DNA from: Octopus vulgaris
Taxonomy: Eukaryota
Reading direction: 5' to 3'
Length of the DNA: 64,000 nucleotides
NCBI GenBank assembly: GCA_951406725.2
Contig: OX597836.1
Location: 26,226,001-26,290,000 of the forward strand
The position numbers and the translations under genes were made by a program. Below, piece after piece: positions 41,263 to 54,495 of the stretch. Numbering within the stretch: position 1 is the stretch's first letter; the number at the start of each line of letters is the position of its first letter. A model generated the notes under the pieces. It saw only the letters and a list, made by a program, of their open reading frames with translations, made no database searches and had not been told where the DNA came from.

Positions 41263-42442
41263 CACGTCTACATGTATGCATATAAATATATATATATGTG
41301 TGTGTATGTATATATATATATGTATATATGTATATATGTATACATACATACATACATACATACATACATACATTCATACATACATACATACATACATACA
41401 TGCATACATACATACATACATACATACATACATACATACATACATACATACATACATACATACATACATACATACATACATACATACATACATACATAAA
41501 TTATATTATGTCATATATTTATTTTATTCTCTATTGTCGCAAGTTAAATCTTCATTGATTCCACGCCGTTTGTGCTGAGTTTGTCTTGAAGATATTCTTT
41601 ATTGTTTGGCAACAGTTTCATTGAATGGCTCTTAAGATGCACGTGTCTGGAGTGAACTAGCGAAATAACAAACAGCAGAACTCTAAAGATCAATTGAGAA
41701 AGATCGAAATTGAAATATAACAATACTGAAACCAGGCAGGAAATTCGTGTCTGACATTAAAAAGAAAATGTGGAAACCTTCATGCGGTCGCTAGAAATAG
41801 CAGTCAAATCTTCAACTCGCCGTGTTGTAATAAATGATGACACCTTGAATAAAGCAGTCCTTGATATAGAAATAATAGTTCTACTCCATCAAAGGATGAC
41901 CGGATGTTAATCAACAACAACAACAACAATAACAAAACTAGAAATAAATTAGAAACGCCGAATCAACGAAGGATTCTCTGTGAGTTCGCTCTATCTGCTA
42001 AAGATCACAGTTACATTACACTCCACTATCTTCTCAATATTTAGATGGACAAATTTAGAAGACAAATGAATAGTTCTCGGTGCCGTATGCTTCCTAACAA
42101 AGACAGGATTGTCACGATTGGAACGTCTTTGATCATAGATCTACTCAAAAGAGGACTGACCTGGATATACATAACAGCAACAACGACGACAACAACCTTT
42201 CGTATGATTCCAAACACGGTGCTTATTTCTTTTTTTTTTTCATTTTCAATGATGTGTAGAAATGAGTAAGAACAACGCTCATTTATATACTCGCATATAC
42301 ACAAGCACACGCTTGCATGCGCGCCCACATACACACACACGCACGCACACATATATACATATATAATACATGCGTACATATCTGCGTAAATACATAGACA
42401 TATACATGTATACACATGCACGCATAGACATGTACAGGCATA

Positions 42443-42969
42443 TCTATATATATAAAACTGTAGTTGTGTGAGTGTCTGTCCCCTTCGATTTAGATTCCTA
42501 ACTACTCCCACATTTTGCGGTGCAGTTTAACCAAATTCGGTATCTTATAGTCGTGATTCATATCGAGCCCGTCTGAGTATTAGCGCGCGTCTACGATGAG
42601 TCTACGATTTTTAAAATAATTTAACATCATTTTTTATTCCATTTTAATGCATAATTTTTCGTGTGTCGATGGCGGCGGAGTTGGCGTCCACGCTCAAACA
42701 CCTGCACCAGTGTTTGCTTCTCCCCCTTCTTCCCTCCTTCGTGAAGCTGTGGGGAAGGGAGTGTAAAGAAATCAACGTCGTAATGCGTTGTCAAGGAGAC
42801 CAGCGTTCTTTTAGAACAACGACTTCATGGCTTGAAGACACCAAAATTACCATCATTTTTTATTCCATTTTTAATGCATTTTTTTGCTATTTTTTTGCTA
42901 TGACTCACTAAAAATGCTTATATAGTTATTTCCCTTACAAACCCGAGCAACGCCGGGCGATACTGCGAG
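42443..42969 (+). mobile_element. Non-autonomous Helitron with an additional internal segment of about 190 bp
   Basis: TC start, same body as 9453, hairpin, CGAG|T end. Extra GC-richer segment at about 42655-42845. Confidence 0.85.
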
Positions 42970-43041
42970 TATATATATATAGGAAAAATAGAAAAAGGAA
43001 TCAACAGCTAAGATGTTATTAAACCATTTATATCTTCATAT

Positions 43042-43126
43042 CTCCTACACATGTTTCGATGGATGCATTCAAAATATGTCCGATAGGATGAATAATGGTC
43101 AGCTATGCATCAATCTCTTCAGGGAG
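43042..43126 (-). ncRNA. Type I hammerhead ribozyme, canonical core
   Basis: CUCC-CUGAAGA-GAUuGAUGCAU...AUGCAUCcAUC-GAAA-C-augu-G-UA-GGAG. All three stems pair, and the triplet is GUA. Confidence 0.82.
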
Positions 43127-43190
43127 GATATAAATAACTACTCATCAAATAGACATTTTAACAGATATATGAAACCCCAGAAAGTTTGAC

Positions 43191-43232
<42 letters not shown>

Positions 43233-43258
43233 GCAGACACACGTACACGAAAATATGT

Positions 43259-43314
<56 letters not shown>

Positions 43315-43818
43315 AGCAAAAGCGCAATAGAGGACATTAAAACAATCGGACAGATGGACGATACAAAGGAAGACAAGAGCAGCAACAATTAGAAAATGAC
43401 AAACAAACAAAAAACGGAGACCATGGTACACAAATACGAGTACAAACAACAAGAAATAACAACAGGTGTCTTTCGATTGAGAACGAATTAAACTGAACTG
43501 GCGTGTATGAAGTGAAAGCTTGAAGGCAAGATCATAGGAGATGGACATAAGAGGTGTTGGCGGTCGGCAGTCAGGACAAGAAAGAAAGACTATGGCTAGC
43601 CGGACTCTGGTCACGTGGAAGGAGGAGAGATGGGTAGGGGACAACGGGATTGAAGCATTATAAAAAAAAATCAGAGACAAAGAGAAAGGTACAGGGGAGA
43701 TAAAAGAGTGGGAAATAATGGGAGTTAAAGAAAGGGCCAACAAATGTGATACACACACACACACATACATGTACACACATACAGATCTACATATATACAC
43801 ATCCATACATAACTATAC

Positions 43819-43849
<31 letters not shown>

Positions 43850-44295
43850 CATACACGCATACATATATTTACAACACACATATATACATACGCATACGTG
43901 TATAGACGTGTATGACTACATGCTTACATAAACACATACACGCATTTGTACACATACATAGTATACATACATACACGAATAAATACAGATATACACACAT
44001 ATATATATATGGAAATCTAAGTAGTGAAGGGAACGCTAAAATTTGAAAATGCCGTTAAGGAAATATACTTCATAGGGAGAGAGAGGAAGAGAATGTATAG
44101 ATAAATACGGAGGGGAGAAGAAGAAAAGAAAGTTAAAATAGAGAGGAGAGAAGAACGGAAAAACTGGATAGATAAAAGATGGGAAGAGAAGATGAAAGGA
44201 GGAATAAAGGAAATTTAAGAAATACCCCTTTATTAGACTATTTTCCTTAACCATTGCACGGTGTCGCCATAAACTTTAAGCTTATATAAAATACC

Positions 44296-44344
<49 letters not shown>

Positions 44345-44348
<4 letters not shown>

Positions 44349-44510
44349 AGAGTTTACGAAAAGAAACAAAAGACGAAGACAGGTGGTGTACAAAGCAAAC
44401 AGATGTATTAGTATAACGCTCAGGAATAGAAAAAAGTCTTTTACGTTTCGAGCCTACGCTCTTCTACAGAAAGGGACACAGAAAACAAGGATAGAAAAAA
44501 TGTGTGTTGT
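44345..44510 (-). mobile_element. Family E1 repeat with variant HHR (44438-44473)
   Basis: CUUU-CUGUAGAA-GAGC-guag-GCUC-GAAA-CG-UA-AAAG, adjacent to (TA)n. Confidence 0.62.
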
Positions 44511-44512
44511 GG

Positions 44513-44594
<82 letters not shown>

Positions 44595-44595
44595 T

Positions 44596-44806
44596 AGTTA
44601 ATCCAAACAAGAAAGCACAAAAAAAACACAACAACGCGAGGACGTGGAACAAATATAATATTATTGGACGCTCAGGAAAGAAGGAAAGAAGGTGGGTTTA
44701 ACGTTTTGAGCGGAGCTCTTCGTCGGAAACATAGGAGAAGGAAAGATCCAGAGAAGGGAAGACAGAGGGGGGGAAAAATATCGCCAACGGTACACACGAG
44801 GTCACA
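44596..44806 (-). mobile_element. Family E2 repeat (HHR 44696-44730, GAAA mutated to AAAA)
   Basis: Reverse-complement homolog of 40045-40248. Confidence 0.65.
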
Positions 44807-45957
44807 TGCATGTGAGTGTATTAATGTTTTGTTTTTGTCAAGTTACATATATAAAAACAATTGAATATTAACTTCAAAGGATTGTTTCATTTGTTTTTCA
44901 TTAGAGTGCATATGAATTAAGCAACACCACCGCCGCCACCACCCGCACCACCGCCACCACCACACTTTCAGGCTGGCCAATGGACCGTTTGTACCGCCAA
45001 GTGTTTATCCCCGCGCCTTAGTTTCGTGTGTGTCATTAAGATTCCTGAGCACTTCGCTCTCCTTCGACACCAACTAACCATTCCTGACGGCTGCATCACC
45101 AACCACTCTACACACCATTCTCCACTTTGTACATACATACATACATACATACATACATACATACATACATACATACATACATACATACATACATACATAC
45201 ATACGTACATACGTACATACGTACATACACATGCGCACATACATATATACATACATACACATCACATACGTACATACAAGCATATATAGACATACATACA
45301 TACATACACACACACAGGCACACATACATGTATACATACACACATCAGTGCACATCAGTAGATATATACATATACATGACATACATGCATTCATACACAG
45401 ACATACATACACACACATGTGCACATCAACAGATACATAACACGCACACACACACACATAGATACGTACATACTTATAAACATACATACACGCATACATA
45501 CATACACACATACATACATACATACATACATACATACATACATACATAAATACATACATACATACATAGACATACATATATACATTCATACATAAATACA
45601 CATACACACACACACACACGCAAACACACATTCATACGCACACACACACGCATACACACACACATACACATTGTCTCGTCTTCGGTTTTTGGAAGCCGCG
45701 CCCTTCTCCTGCAATTCTGTGCTGTTGCTCTCATTAATAAGCACTCGTGTTTATTATTATGAGCTGATAAGGAGGGGGGGGGATAGTGAGAGGAGGAAAT
45801 GCTGAAGAGGGGGCGAAAGAAACACTAAAAACAGTTGAATAATAACAACACAATAAGCAGCAGTAGCAGCAGCAACAACAACAACAATAACGACAACAAT
45901 AGCATTAACAACAATATTAACAGTAGCAGCACCGATACACACACACATAAACAAATT

Positions 45958-46032
<75 letters not shown>

Positions 46033-46055
46033 TGATTGATATATATATATTATAT

Positions 46056-46124
<69 letters not shown>

Positions 46125-46199
46125 GATACATACATACATATATATATGCATGTATGTATATATCTATCTATATATATGTACATATATATATGTGTGTGC

Positions 46200-46247
<48 letters not shown>

Positions 46248-46789
46248 GAGTATATGTGTACAGGACGTTACCAACAGTAAACAACATGAAATACGAAAAT
46301 AAATTAGTTCAAATGGAAAACAGGACAAGTAACACAAAGAACGACCCATCATCAGTTGTCGGCTCTCTATCTACCCTTCATTTTCATTTCGAGCATTCAA
46401 CGACACTATGAGTCTTCGAAGACAGCTTCTCCCTTAAGTACCAAAATAAAATTTTGGGTTTATGGAGGGTCAAAGTTGGGAACAAAGAGAGGACAGTGGA
46501 GACATACAAACATGGAGTCGCGTGACCAGAACGAGGGTAAAATAGTGAACGCTGGAGAAATATTTTCTTTGAAAAGAGAAAAGATAGAAGAGAGAGATAG
46601 GATACTCTAGTCCTTAAGACAGTCCTGAAGGTAAAGAAAGATGATCATGTGAGGAAAAGAAAGATGGATGATGATCACGTGTGAGCAACGAGAGAGAGAA
46701 AAAGAGAAAGGGGAGATACATACATACATACATACATACATACATACATACATACATACATACATACATACATACATACATACATACAT

Positions 46790-47115
46790 ACTTGATATAA
46801 TGATTTGGGACAGTGAAGAGAACCTGTGTACAGTTGTGGAAATTTGCTATCCACCGGATGTTGACATAAAGCTGAAGATCAGAGAAAAAAGAGAACACCT
46901 ACGCTGAACTATTGAGAAATCTACAGTTACTCTATCCAGGTCTATACCTGTATCCATTCGGGCCCTAGGATATGTAACACACTACCTAAGTATTAATCTT
47001 GAGAAATTAGGCTTCTCAAAACCGGAAAGGAGAAAGCTAATTCGAAGACTACTAATCCAGTCTATCACTGGAACTGTAAAAATCTGTAAAACTTTCCAGA
47101 AGTTTATCATTTAAA
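46790..47115 (+). mobile_element. Restriction-like endonuclease LINE 3' fragment (R4-like)
   Basis: DIMIWDSEENLCTVVEICYPPDVDIKLKIREK...ALG. A related LHNKKEYWWNVPVKTSIKCKHNRPD fragment lies at about 55020-55125. Confidence 0.65.
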
Positions 47116-47297
47116 TATATATGAGCATGTCTAGATATGCAACTATATGCATGAGAAAACATACAAATCTGTACGTATACATACATACAGACATACAAAC
47201 AAAAATATCCTGCTGTTGATGTTGAAATTCCAATGAAGGACCCTTGGATCTAGATTAGAAACCGGTTCTCACTCTATTGGCAAGAAATCTTGAAATA

Positions 47298-47455
47298 GAG
47301 TGGCTGTGTGGTAAGTAGCTTGCTAACCAACCACATGGTTCCAGGTTCAGTCCCACTGCGTGGCATCTTGGGCAAGTGTCTTCTGCTATAGCCTCGGGCT
47401 GACCAAAGCCTTGTGAGTGGATTTGGTAGACGGAAATTGAAAGAAGCCCGTCGTA

Positions 47456-47552
<97 letters not shown>

Positions 47553-47791
47553 ATGTGTTTGTGTGTCTGTCTTTGTCTCCCTAGCATTGCTTGACAATTG
47601 ATGCTGGTGTGTTTACGTCTCCGTCACTTGGCGGTTCGGCAAAAGAGACCGATAGAATAAGTACTGGGCTTACAAAGAATAAGTCCCGGGGTCGTTTTGC
47701 TCGACTAAAAGTGGTGCTCCAGCATGGCCGCAGTCAAATGACTGAAACAAGTAAAAGAGTAAAGAGTAAAAGAGTAAAGAGTAAAAGAGTA
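47298..47791 (+). mobile_element. SINE family A, full length
   Basis: Head to (AAAAGAGT)n tail. Confidence 0.92.
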
Positions 47792-48576
47792 TACATATAT
47801 ATATACACAGAAACAGCTGTTGAACTCGTCAAGCTCTTATTCAACCCCCTTAATTCCTGATATCATTTTTGTTCTGTGTCTGTCAGACCTTTTTATATGT
47901 ATACATTTTACATTTTTAAAATGAAATGCGTTAAACGTATCTAATATTTTTTTGTATAGCGACCAACCTAACTTGCTTGCCCTTACATTTATATACATAT
48001 ATATGTATATATACATATACATATGTGTATGTGTTTGTGTGTGTATGTATGTATGTGTGTATGTATGTATGTATGTATGTATGTATGTATGTATGTATGT
48101 ATGTATGTATGTATGTATGTATGTATGTATGTATGTATGTATGTATGTATGTGTGTATATATATTTATAATACATCAAAAGTCAGTTCGAATCTTGCTTG
48201 CTTGCTTGCAATGTTAATCAGCCAAACTGGCGCATAATGGGAAAAATACTATGAATTAAGTTTACCCTGAAATGTTAATATAAGAATGCAATAAGACAAG
48301 TCGCTCGTAAATTCGACACATATCTTTAACGATATTAGAGGTTTTCGGGTATAAATACACAGACTGGGAAAATATTCCGAAAATAATCTTCATTCTGAAA
48401 GGAAAGAAACCCTCATCTTTCCATTAGACACAGTGACTTGACAACGAATACTGCGAATTTTTTACAATAAATAGATATAAGTATGTATATATATGTATGT
48501 GCGCATGTGTATGTATTTATGTATGGACAGACTAGATACGAGGCCCAAGACCACTGCAGGAAATGGTTACTTTCTG

Positions 48577-48945
48577 AAACCACATGGTTCCGGGTTCAAT
48601 CCCACTGCGTGGCACCTTGGGCAAGTGTCTTCTACTATAGCCTAGGGCCGACCAAAGCCTTGTGAGTGGATTTGGTAGACGGAAACTGAAAGAAGCCCGT
48701 CGTATATATGTATATATATATATACATGTGTGTGTGCGTGTATGTTTGTGTGTCTGTGTTTGTCCCCCCCTAGCATTGCTTGACAACCGATGCTGGTGTG
48801 TTTATGTTCCCGTCACTTAGCTGTTCGGCAAAAGAGACCGATAGAATAAGTACTGGGCTTAGAAAGAATAAGTTCCGGAGTCGAGTTGCTTGATTAAAGG
48901 CGGTGCTCCAGCATCGCCGCAGTCAAATGACTGAAACAAGTAAAA
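48577..48945 (+). mobile_element. SINE family A (5'-truncated)
   Basis: Family A body and tail present. Confidence 0.9.
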
Positions 48946-49381
48946 AGAAAAAAAGAAAAAGAAAAAGAAAAATCAAAGAACAAAACGGTTGTGTTGCACA
49001 GGTAGACAACTTGTCTACAACTCTTAGACCTATTCTTTGTACTTAGGAAGATGGTTCCATGCGTTTCCTGGATGGAGCATGCTGGAACATTACAAAGTTC
49101 TGGCACATTATCAGGAAAATTTTATCTGTCAGATGGTAACAACACTGAGATTCAAATAAGCCGTCGATTAAAACAAAAGAATAAGTAGACTTGTCGCAAC
49201 ATCTCCAACAGCCGACAAGACATCTCTGGTTGTCACACTTTGTTCTGATATCATTTCCTTTTCAAACAGGAAGCATGGATGCATCTTCCAGTTCTTGGAG
49301 TTAGCACTACCTCTCCACATTACACTTTTAACAAAGTCTTAAAGAATCTCTGTTATACGTTTGCCATCAATGTTCAACATC

Positions 49382-49705
49382 GTGAGGGCGCGTGGCTTAG
49401 TGGTTAGGGCATTCGGCTCATGATCGTAAGGTTGTGAGTTCGATTCCCGGCGACGCGTTGTGTCCTTGAGCAAGACACTTTATTTCACGTTGCTCCAGTC
49501 CACTCAGCTGGCAAAAATGAGTTGTACTTGTATTTCAAAGGGTCAGCCTTGTCACTCTCTGTGTCACGCTGATTATCCCCGAGAACTACGTTAAGGGTAC
49601 ACGTGTCTGTGGAATGCTCAGCCATTTGCACGTTAATTTCACGAGCAAGCTGTTCCGTTGATCGTATCAGCTGGGACCCTCGTCGTCGTAACCGGCGGAG
49701 TACAA
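49382..49705 (+). mobile_element. tRNA-derived SINE family D (V-domain-like GTGTCCTTGAGCAAGACAC, 3' half shared with family C)
   Basis: A/B boxes TGGCTTAGTGG and GAGTTCGATTCC. TSD AATGTTCAACA. Confidence 0.85.
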
Positions 49706-50159
49706 AGAATGTTCAACACCTCACTGCAGATTCCACCTTTGCCGGGAGCCTTACTAAGACTAAATATACTCCATACCCTTTTGCAACTTATCTACAAAAG
49801 GTTCAGTGGTCAAGGAAAGAAGCACAGATCTTTCTTTAATGATGTTAATCACTGCATCATCCACAACAGATTCGCTGTTTAACAGTTCAGAAAATTGATC
49901 ATTCCACCGAACTACAATACCTCTGTCGTATTTACTCGTGTATAAGTCGCATCCTTAATTTAGCGCTAAATCTTGGATACAATTTTTCCCTTCCTGGTTT
50001 TAGTTGTATAAGTCGGACCCCAGTTTTTTTTTTGTTGTTGTTTTTTGCTAAAATTAAGTATAAACTGATGTTCCTTATTTATGAGTAAATACAGAAAGGG
50101 AATAAAGTAGGGCCATTGTTAGACACCAAAGGAGCCAATAGTGAATATTTGGGGTCTAC

Positions 50160-50335
50160 GAGGAGGAGGAGGAGGAGGAGGAGGGCGAGGAGGAGGGGGC
50201 GAGGAGGAGGAGGAGGAGGAAGAAGACAAAGAAGAAGACGAAGAAGAAGAAGAAGAAGAAGAAGAAGAAGAAGGAAGGAAGAAGAAGAAGAAGAAGAAGA
50301 AGAAGAAGAGGAAGGAGGAGGAGGAGGAGGAGGAG

Positions 50336-50367
<32 letters not shown>

Positions 50368-50430
50368 AGAAGAAGAAGAAGAAGAGCAACGACGACAACA
50401 TCGACAAATACTACGACGACGACGACGATA
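50160..50430. repeat. (GAA/GGA)n polypurine tract
   Basis: Direct reading. It is the source of the poly-R/E/G ORFs. Confidence 0.95.
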
Positions 50431-50671
50431 ATGTGAAAGGAGAGAGTAGGAGGTGGGGAAGAAAATGAAAAAGAAGATAAAGAGTGAATTATGTGAGAAG
50501 AGAAAGAAATAAGAAACAAAGGAGTGGTCGATGAAGAGGAGTAGGCGCAGGAGGAATTCGTAAGAATGGCAAATGGAAGGAGGAGGGAGGGAGAAGTTAT
50601 AGAGGTGGGAGAGGGCCTTTCATCGGAAACAACAAACTGTGCGCGTATGTGTGCGTGTATGTGTGCGTGTA

Positions 50672-50737
<66 letters not shown>

Positions 50738-50906
50738 TGTATATGTATGTACATATTCATACCTTTACACATCCATACACAGACACACACACACAGATAA
50801 TGGCACACAATTTCTCATTTTCTCTTTTTTTCTCTCTCACTCTCTCTCTCTCCGTCTCTCTCTCTCTGTCACCACACACACATATTTATAATTAAACATA
50901 CATACA

Positions 50907-50966
<60 letters not shown>

Positions 50967-50992
50967 TGTATGTACGTATGTATGTACGCACG

Positions 50993-51030
50993 TATATATA
51001 TAAGGCTGGTAGAGGAGCGGTGTAACACTT
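50993..51030 (+). promoter_or_regulatory. Candidate TATA box and initiator of the astacin gene
   Basis: TATATATATAAG (50993-51004), an Inr-like ACACTT about 25-30 nt downstream, and the ATG at 51065. Confidence 0.5.
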
Positions 51031-51064
51031 GTTTGTGGTCCGTTGCTCTACACTTGTCTCGACT

Positions 51065-51133
51065 ATGGCCTTAGTCCGTGCTTGTGTGTCCTTGCTGCTT
51101 ATTGCACTCTTCTATAACTATGCAACTGTTCAG
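51065..51133 (+). CDS. Astacin-family metalloprotease, exon 1 (signal peptide)
   Basis: MALVRACVSLLLIALFYNYATVQ followed by a CAG|GTAAGT donor, phase 0. Confidence 0.8.
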
Positions 51134-51799
51134 GTAAGTCCTCCCGATTTATTATAATATTCCTTGCATTACATTACTATATCATACCACTATATTCTAT
51201 TACTATATCATTAATGCATTACATTAGTATATTTCGGAGGTGTAGCTACCCGACAGGCGATTTGATCGGAGCCGTGTGTTGAAGCCAAAATGATTGCATT
51301 GTTCTTTGTCTTTAATGACTATACCCGGTGAATTAGCCTGGATCGTTCTGTTGGTGTTAACTGTTAGCTTCACTTAAACACTTGTTATTTGGTTTTATAT
51401 ATTGTATTTACCAAAATTATTGTCGTGCTATCTGCAATCTAATCACCAACGTGATTCCATTGCATCTCATTTCTGTATTAAATTCTTTCTAACTGATCCA
51501 CAAGGCAAACAGTTCGGAAGGGATGGGTAAGTCGGTAATATCGATCCTAATATTTGACTAGGGTTTTTTTTTTTTTATTTAATTTTCTTATCGAACCCCG
51601 AAAGGAAAAAAGGTAAAGTCAAACTTGGTGGCATTTGAACTCAAAACATAAAGAGCTAGAGGAGATGCTACTGTGCATTTTGTTCGATGCGCCAACGACT
51701 CTGTTAACTCACGGCCTTGTATTTTCCATATTATTATTATTCCTTCGTAACTCAGTGTAGATAAAAAATGCACCGGACGCTTTAGTCATGTGTCAAGTC

Positions 51800-52094
51800 A
51801 CAACAAGGACCTCAGACAGATAATACTCTGCTTAAGATGTGCGCTGTGCCCAATAAGGCTGCCTTTTGCAAGACATCAGTCTTGCAGGAAATTTCCAGTT
51901 GCCTTAAGAAGATTTGAAATTTCAATGGGATTGAGCCCAACGCTCCGATCACCACTGGTATCACTTTTACATTACCCTCTCGCATTCCATACAGTCTTGC
52001 CATTTCTACTTTCAAATCGGAGTACTTGGGGATTTTTTCAACCTCTTTACTCACAACATACATGTCATTTGGTATGGCTACATCAATGATCTAA

Positions 52095-52095
<1 letters not shown>
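51800..52095 (-). mobile_element. R4/Dong LINE 3' fragment (intronic)
   Basis: KEVEKIPKYSDLKVEMARLY...VIPVVIGALG...LQKAALLGTAHIL, adjacent to (TTA)n. Confidence 0.85.
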
Positions 52096-52152
<57 letters not shown>

Positions 52153-52298
52153 TCACGGAGGTCGACTTCGCCTCTCATCCTTTCGAGGTCGATAAAATAA
52201 GCACCAGTTAAACACATGGGATCGATGTAATCAACTTAGCCACTTCTTCACAGAATTGCTGGCTTTGTGCCAAAATTGGAAATCATCATCATCATCAC

Positions 52299-52355
<57 letters not shown>

Positions 52356-52376
52356 TGTTATTATTATTATTATCAT

Positions 52377-52414
<38 letters not shown>

Positions 52415-53780
52415 TTACTACTACTACTTCTACTACTACTACTACTACTATTACTATTAAGGCGGTGAGCTTGCATAATCGTTTGGACTCCGGACAAAAT
52501 GGTTCGCGGCATTTCTCCCGGCCCTACGTTCTGAGTTCCAATTCCGCAGAGGACGACTTTGTGTTTCATTCCTTTTGCGGGGGGGGGTCGATGAAATAAT
52601 TACCATTTGAGCACTGAGAACGATGCAATTGATTCGCCCCTCCCCTCAAAATCCCACGCCTTCTGTCTACCCTACAAAGAATATATTTGTATATTACATT
52701 ACTATATTACAGTAGTTTAATTATGTGACTATTTAGTTGGAAAGAATGTTCTATCGCATTTCAAGATGAGAAACAAACAAATTACAAATGGTACCTTTTT
52801 GTCCCTGCCTATTTGTCGAACAGCTACGTAATTATGAAACACAAAGGAGCATAACGTAAAGGACGTCGGAGTTTTGGGGGTGTTTTGGGAAGCACACACG
52901 CATGCACAAACCCGCATATGTTTAAGCCATTTAATTGTTAAATTAATTTAATTATTACGCGTGTAAAAAAAAATAAAGCAATGGAATTAAATTAATTTAA
53001 CAATTAAGAAAAAAAATTTAGGGTTAGGGAGGAGGTTTAGGGTTATTTACAGGATGTTGTCTCAGTTTTAGCCGCAGCAAATGATTTTAGTTGGATGGAA
53101 GTAATCGATTGGTTAAAATTGCCGAAATGCTCGGATTTTCAGACGAAATATCTTACAAACTATAGAATTTTCTCAATAAAACCAAGAGAAAATGATGTTT
53201 TATAAACACATTCTACCAGTATACGAAGTTTAAAAGTGTTTAGTTAACTAGAAATTGTGTTGACATCTGCCGTTCAAAAGGAAGAGATCCGTTTTATATA
53301 TGGGTTCGCTCTGTATAATATTCTTTAATACAGGGATGCATTTTTTCCTAAAGTATATCCTTGATATTTTATATTCTCTTAAATAGATAAATATGGTTGC
53401 TGTTGTTTTTTTATTTTTGTTTTTATTTTGTTTTTTTTCTGTCAAGTTGGTCTCTACTCACATCTGAAGTACATTTGGCTTAAACGTATTTCTTACTTAC
53501 CTGTCCGGATACATTTTAGCTATTTCATTATTATTATATTTTTGTTTGGTTTCCTTTTACTTTTTTTTTTCTTCTTTGAAAAATCTCTGTAACATTTCGA
53601 GAATCTAATCCACAAAACCATATTCTTCATACGCGCTGCAATTTTGCATAAACTATACAAAAACCCGTAGTACATCATACTTCACGAAATCCTATGTGCA
53701 ACCAGCCATAGGCAAATAACAAAATGCATTGTGATGAAACGAAATGAAACCGGGTTTATTGAGCGAGGTACCTTTTGAAA

Positions 53781-53859
53781 AATCACCCGACGAGACACAT
53801 CTGCACCGAAAGATGCACCAGAGGCCGAAACAAGATGGATCGAAACGGTTGTTGTGATT
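53781..53859 (+). ncRNA. Variant hammerhead motif (CCGACGA core) in astacin intron 1
   Basis: AAUCAC-CCGACGA-GAcaCAUCU...AGAUGgaUC-GAAA-C-gguu-G-UU-GUGAUU. Stem I is a perfect 6 bp. Homologous to the decayed copy at about 2385-2520 (-). Confidence 0.6.
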
Positions 53860-54319
53860 AATAAAAAATCTTTAGAAAGAATCTGACGAGTCGTTCCGTT
53901 GTTTGATTCTCAGTTATTTAGGGACAACAGAGACCACAGAATTGTACACAACACGAAGATAATTCGAATTCGAATTACAAAGCGTCAGTAAAGCAAGTTA
54001 ACTCTCTTCTTTCTAATCTTTATTAACCACATCACCAACGTCGGTTTTAGGAAGCATGACTCTCACAACACAACCTCCCATTTACCATTTCACTATATCA
54101 GCCCACATTTCAAAGACAACGCTATTAGCCGAATCGGTACCAGGCTGCGACTCTTAGAGTCAGTAGTTCGTATCTCCCTTGTGCTACCGCACTGTAACTA
54201 TAGCGTCCGGGGCCATTGGATGACCAAGCCCACCTCCACCAACCAGTAGATCATGTGACTTAACTATATACACAATTTCGTTATTGTTTATTACGTTTTT
54301 CATATTTAATTGTTTCTAG

Positions 54320-54371
54320 GTGTCTGCAGACTTTGCCATCGATCAGGTTATTTCAGAAGCCGCCAATTCCA
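54320..54371 (+). CDS. Astacin exon 2 (prodomain)
   Basis: TTTCTAG| VSADFAIDQVISEAANS +A |GTGAGA. Phase 0 to 1 matches both neighbouring exons. Confidence 0.75.
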
Positions 54372-54410
54372 GTGAGAATACAGTTTTGTTTGTTTTTTCT
54401 GTTACATTTT

Positions 54411-54495
<85 letters not shown>

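Noticed and set aside
46345-46395. Minus-strand GAAA...CUGAUGA (type II hammerhead topology)
   Set aside because: The flanking helices do not pair. At best it is a decayed motif.
53018-53046. TTAGGG telomere-like repeats
   Set aside because: Only about 3 imperfect units, probably part of an old repeat and not an interstitial telomere.
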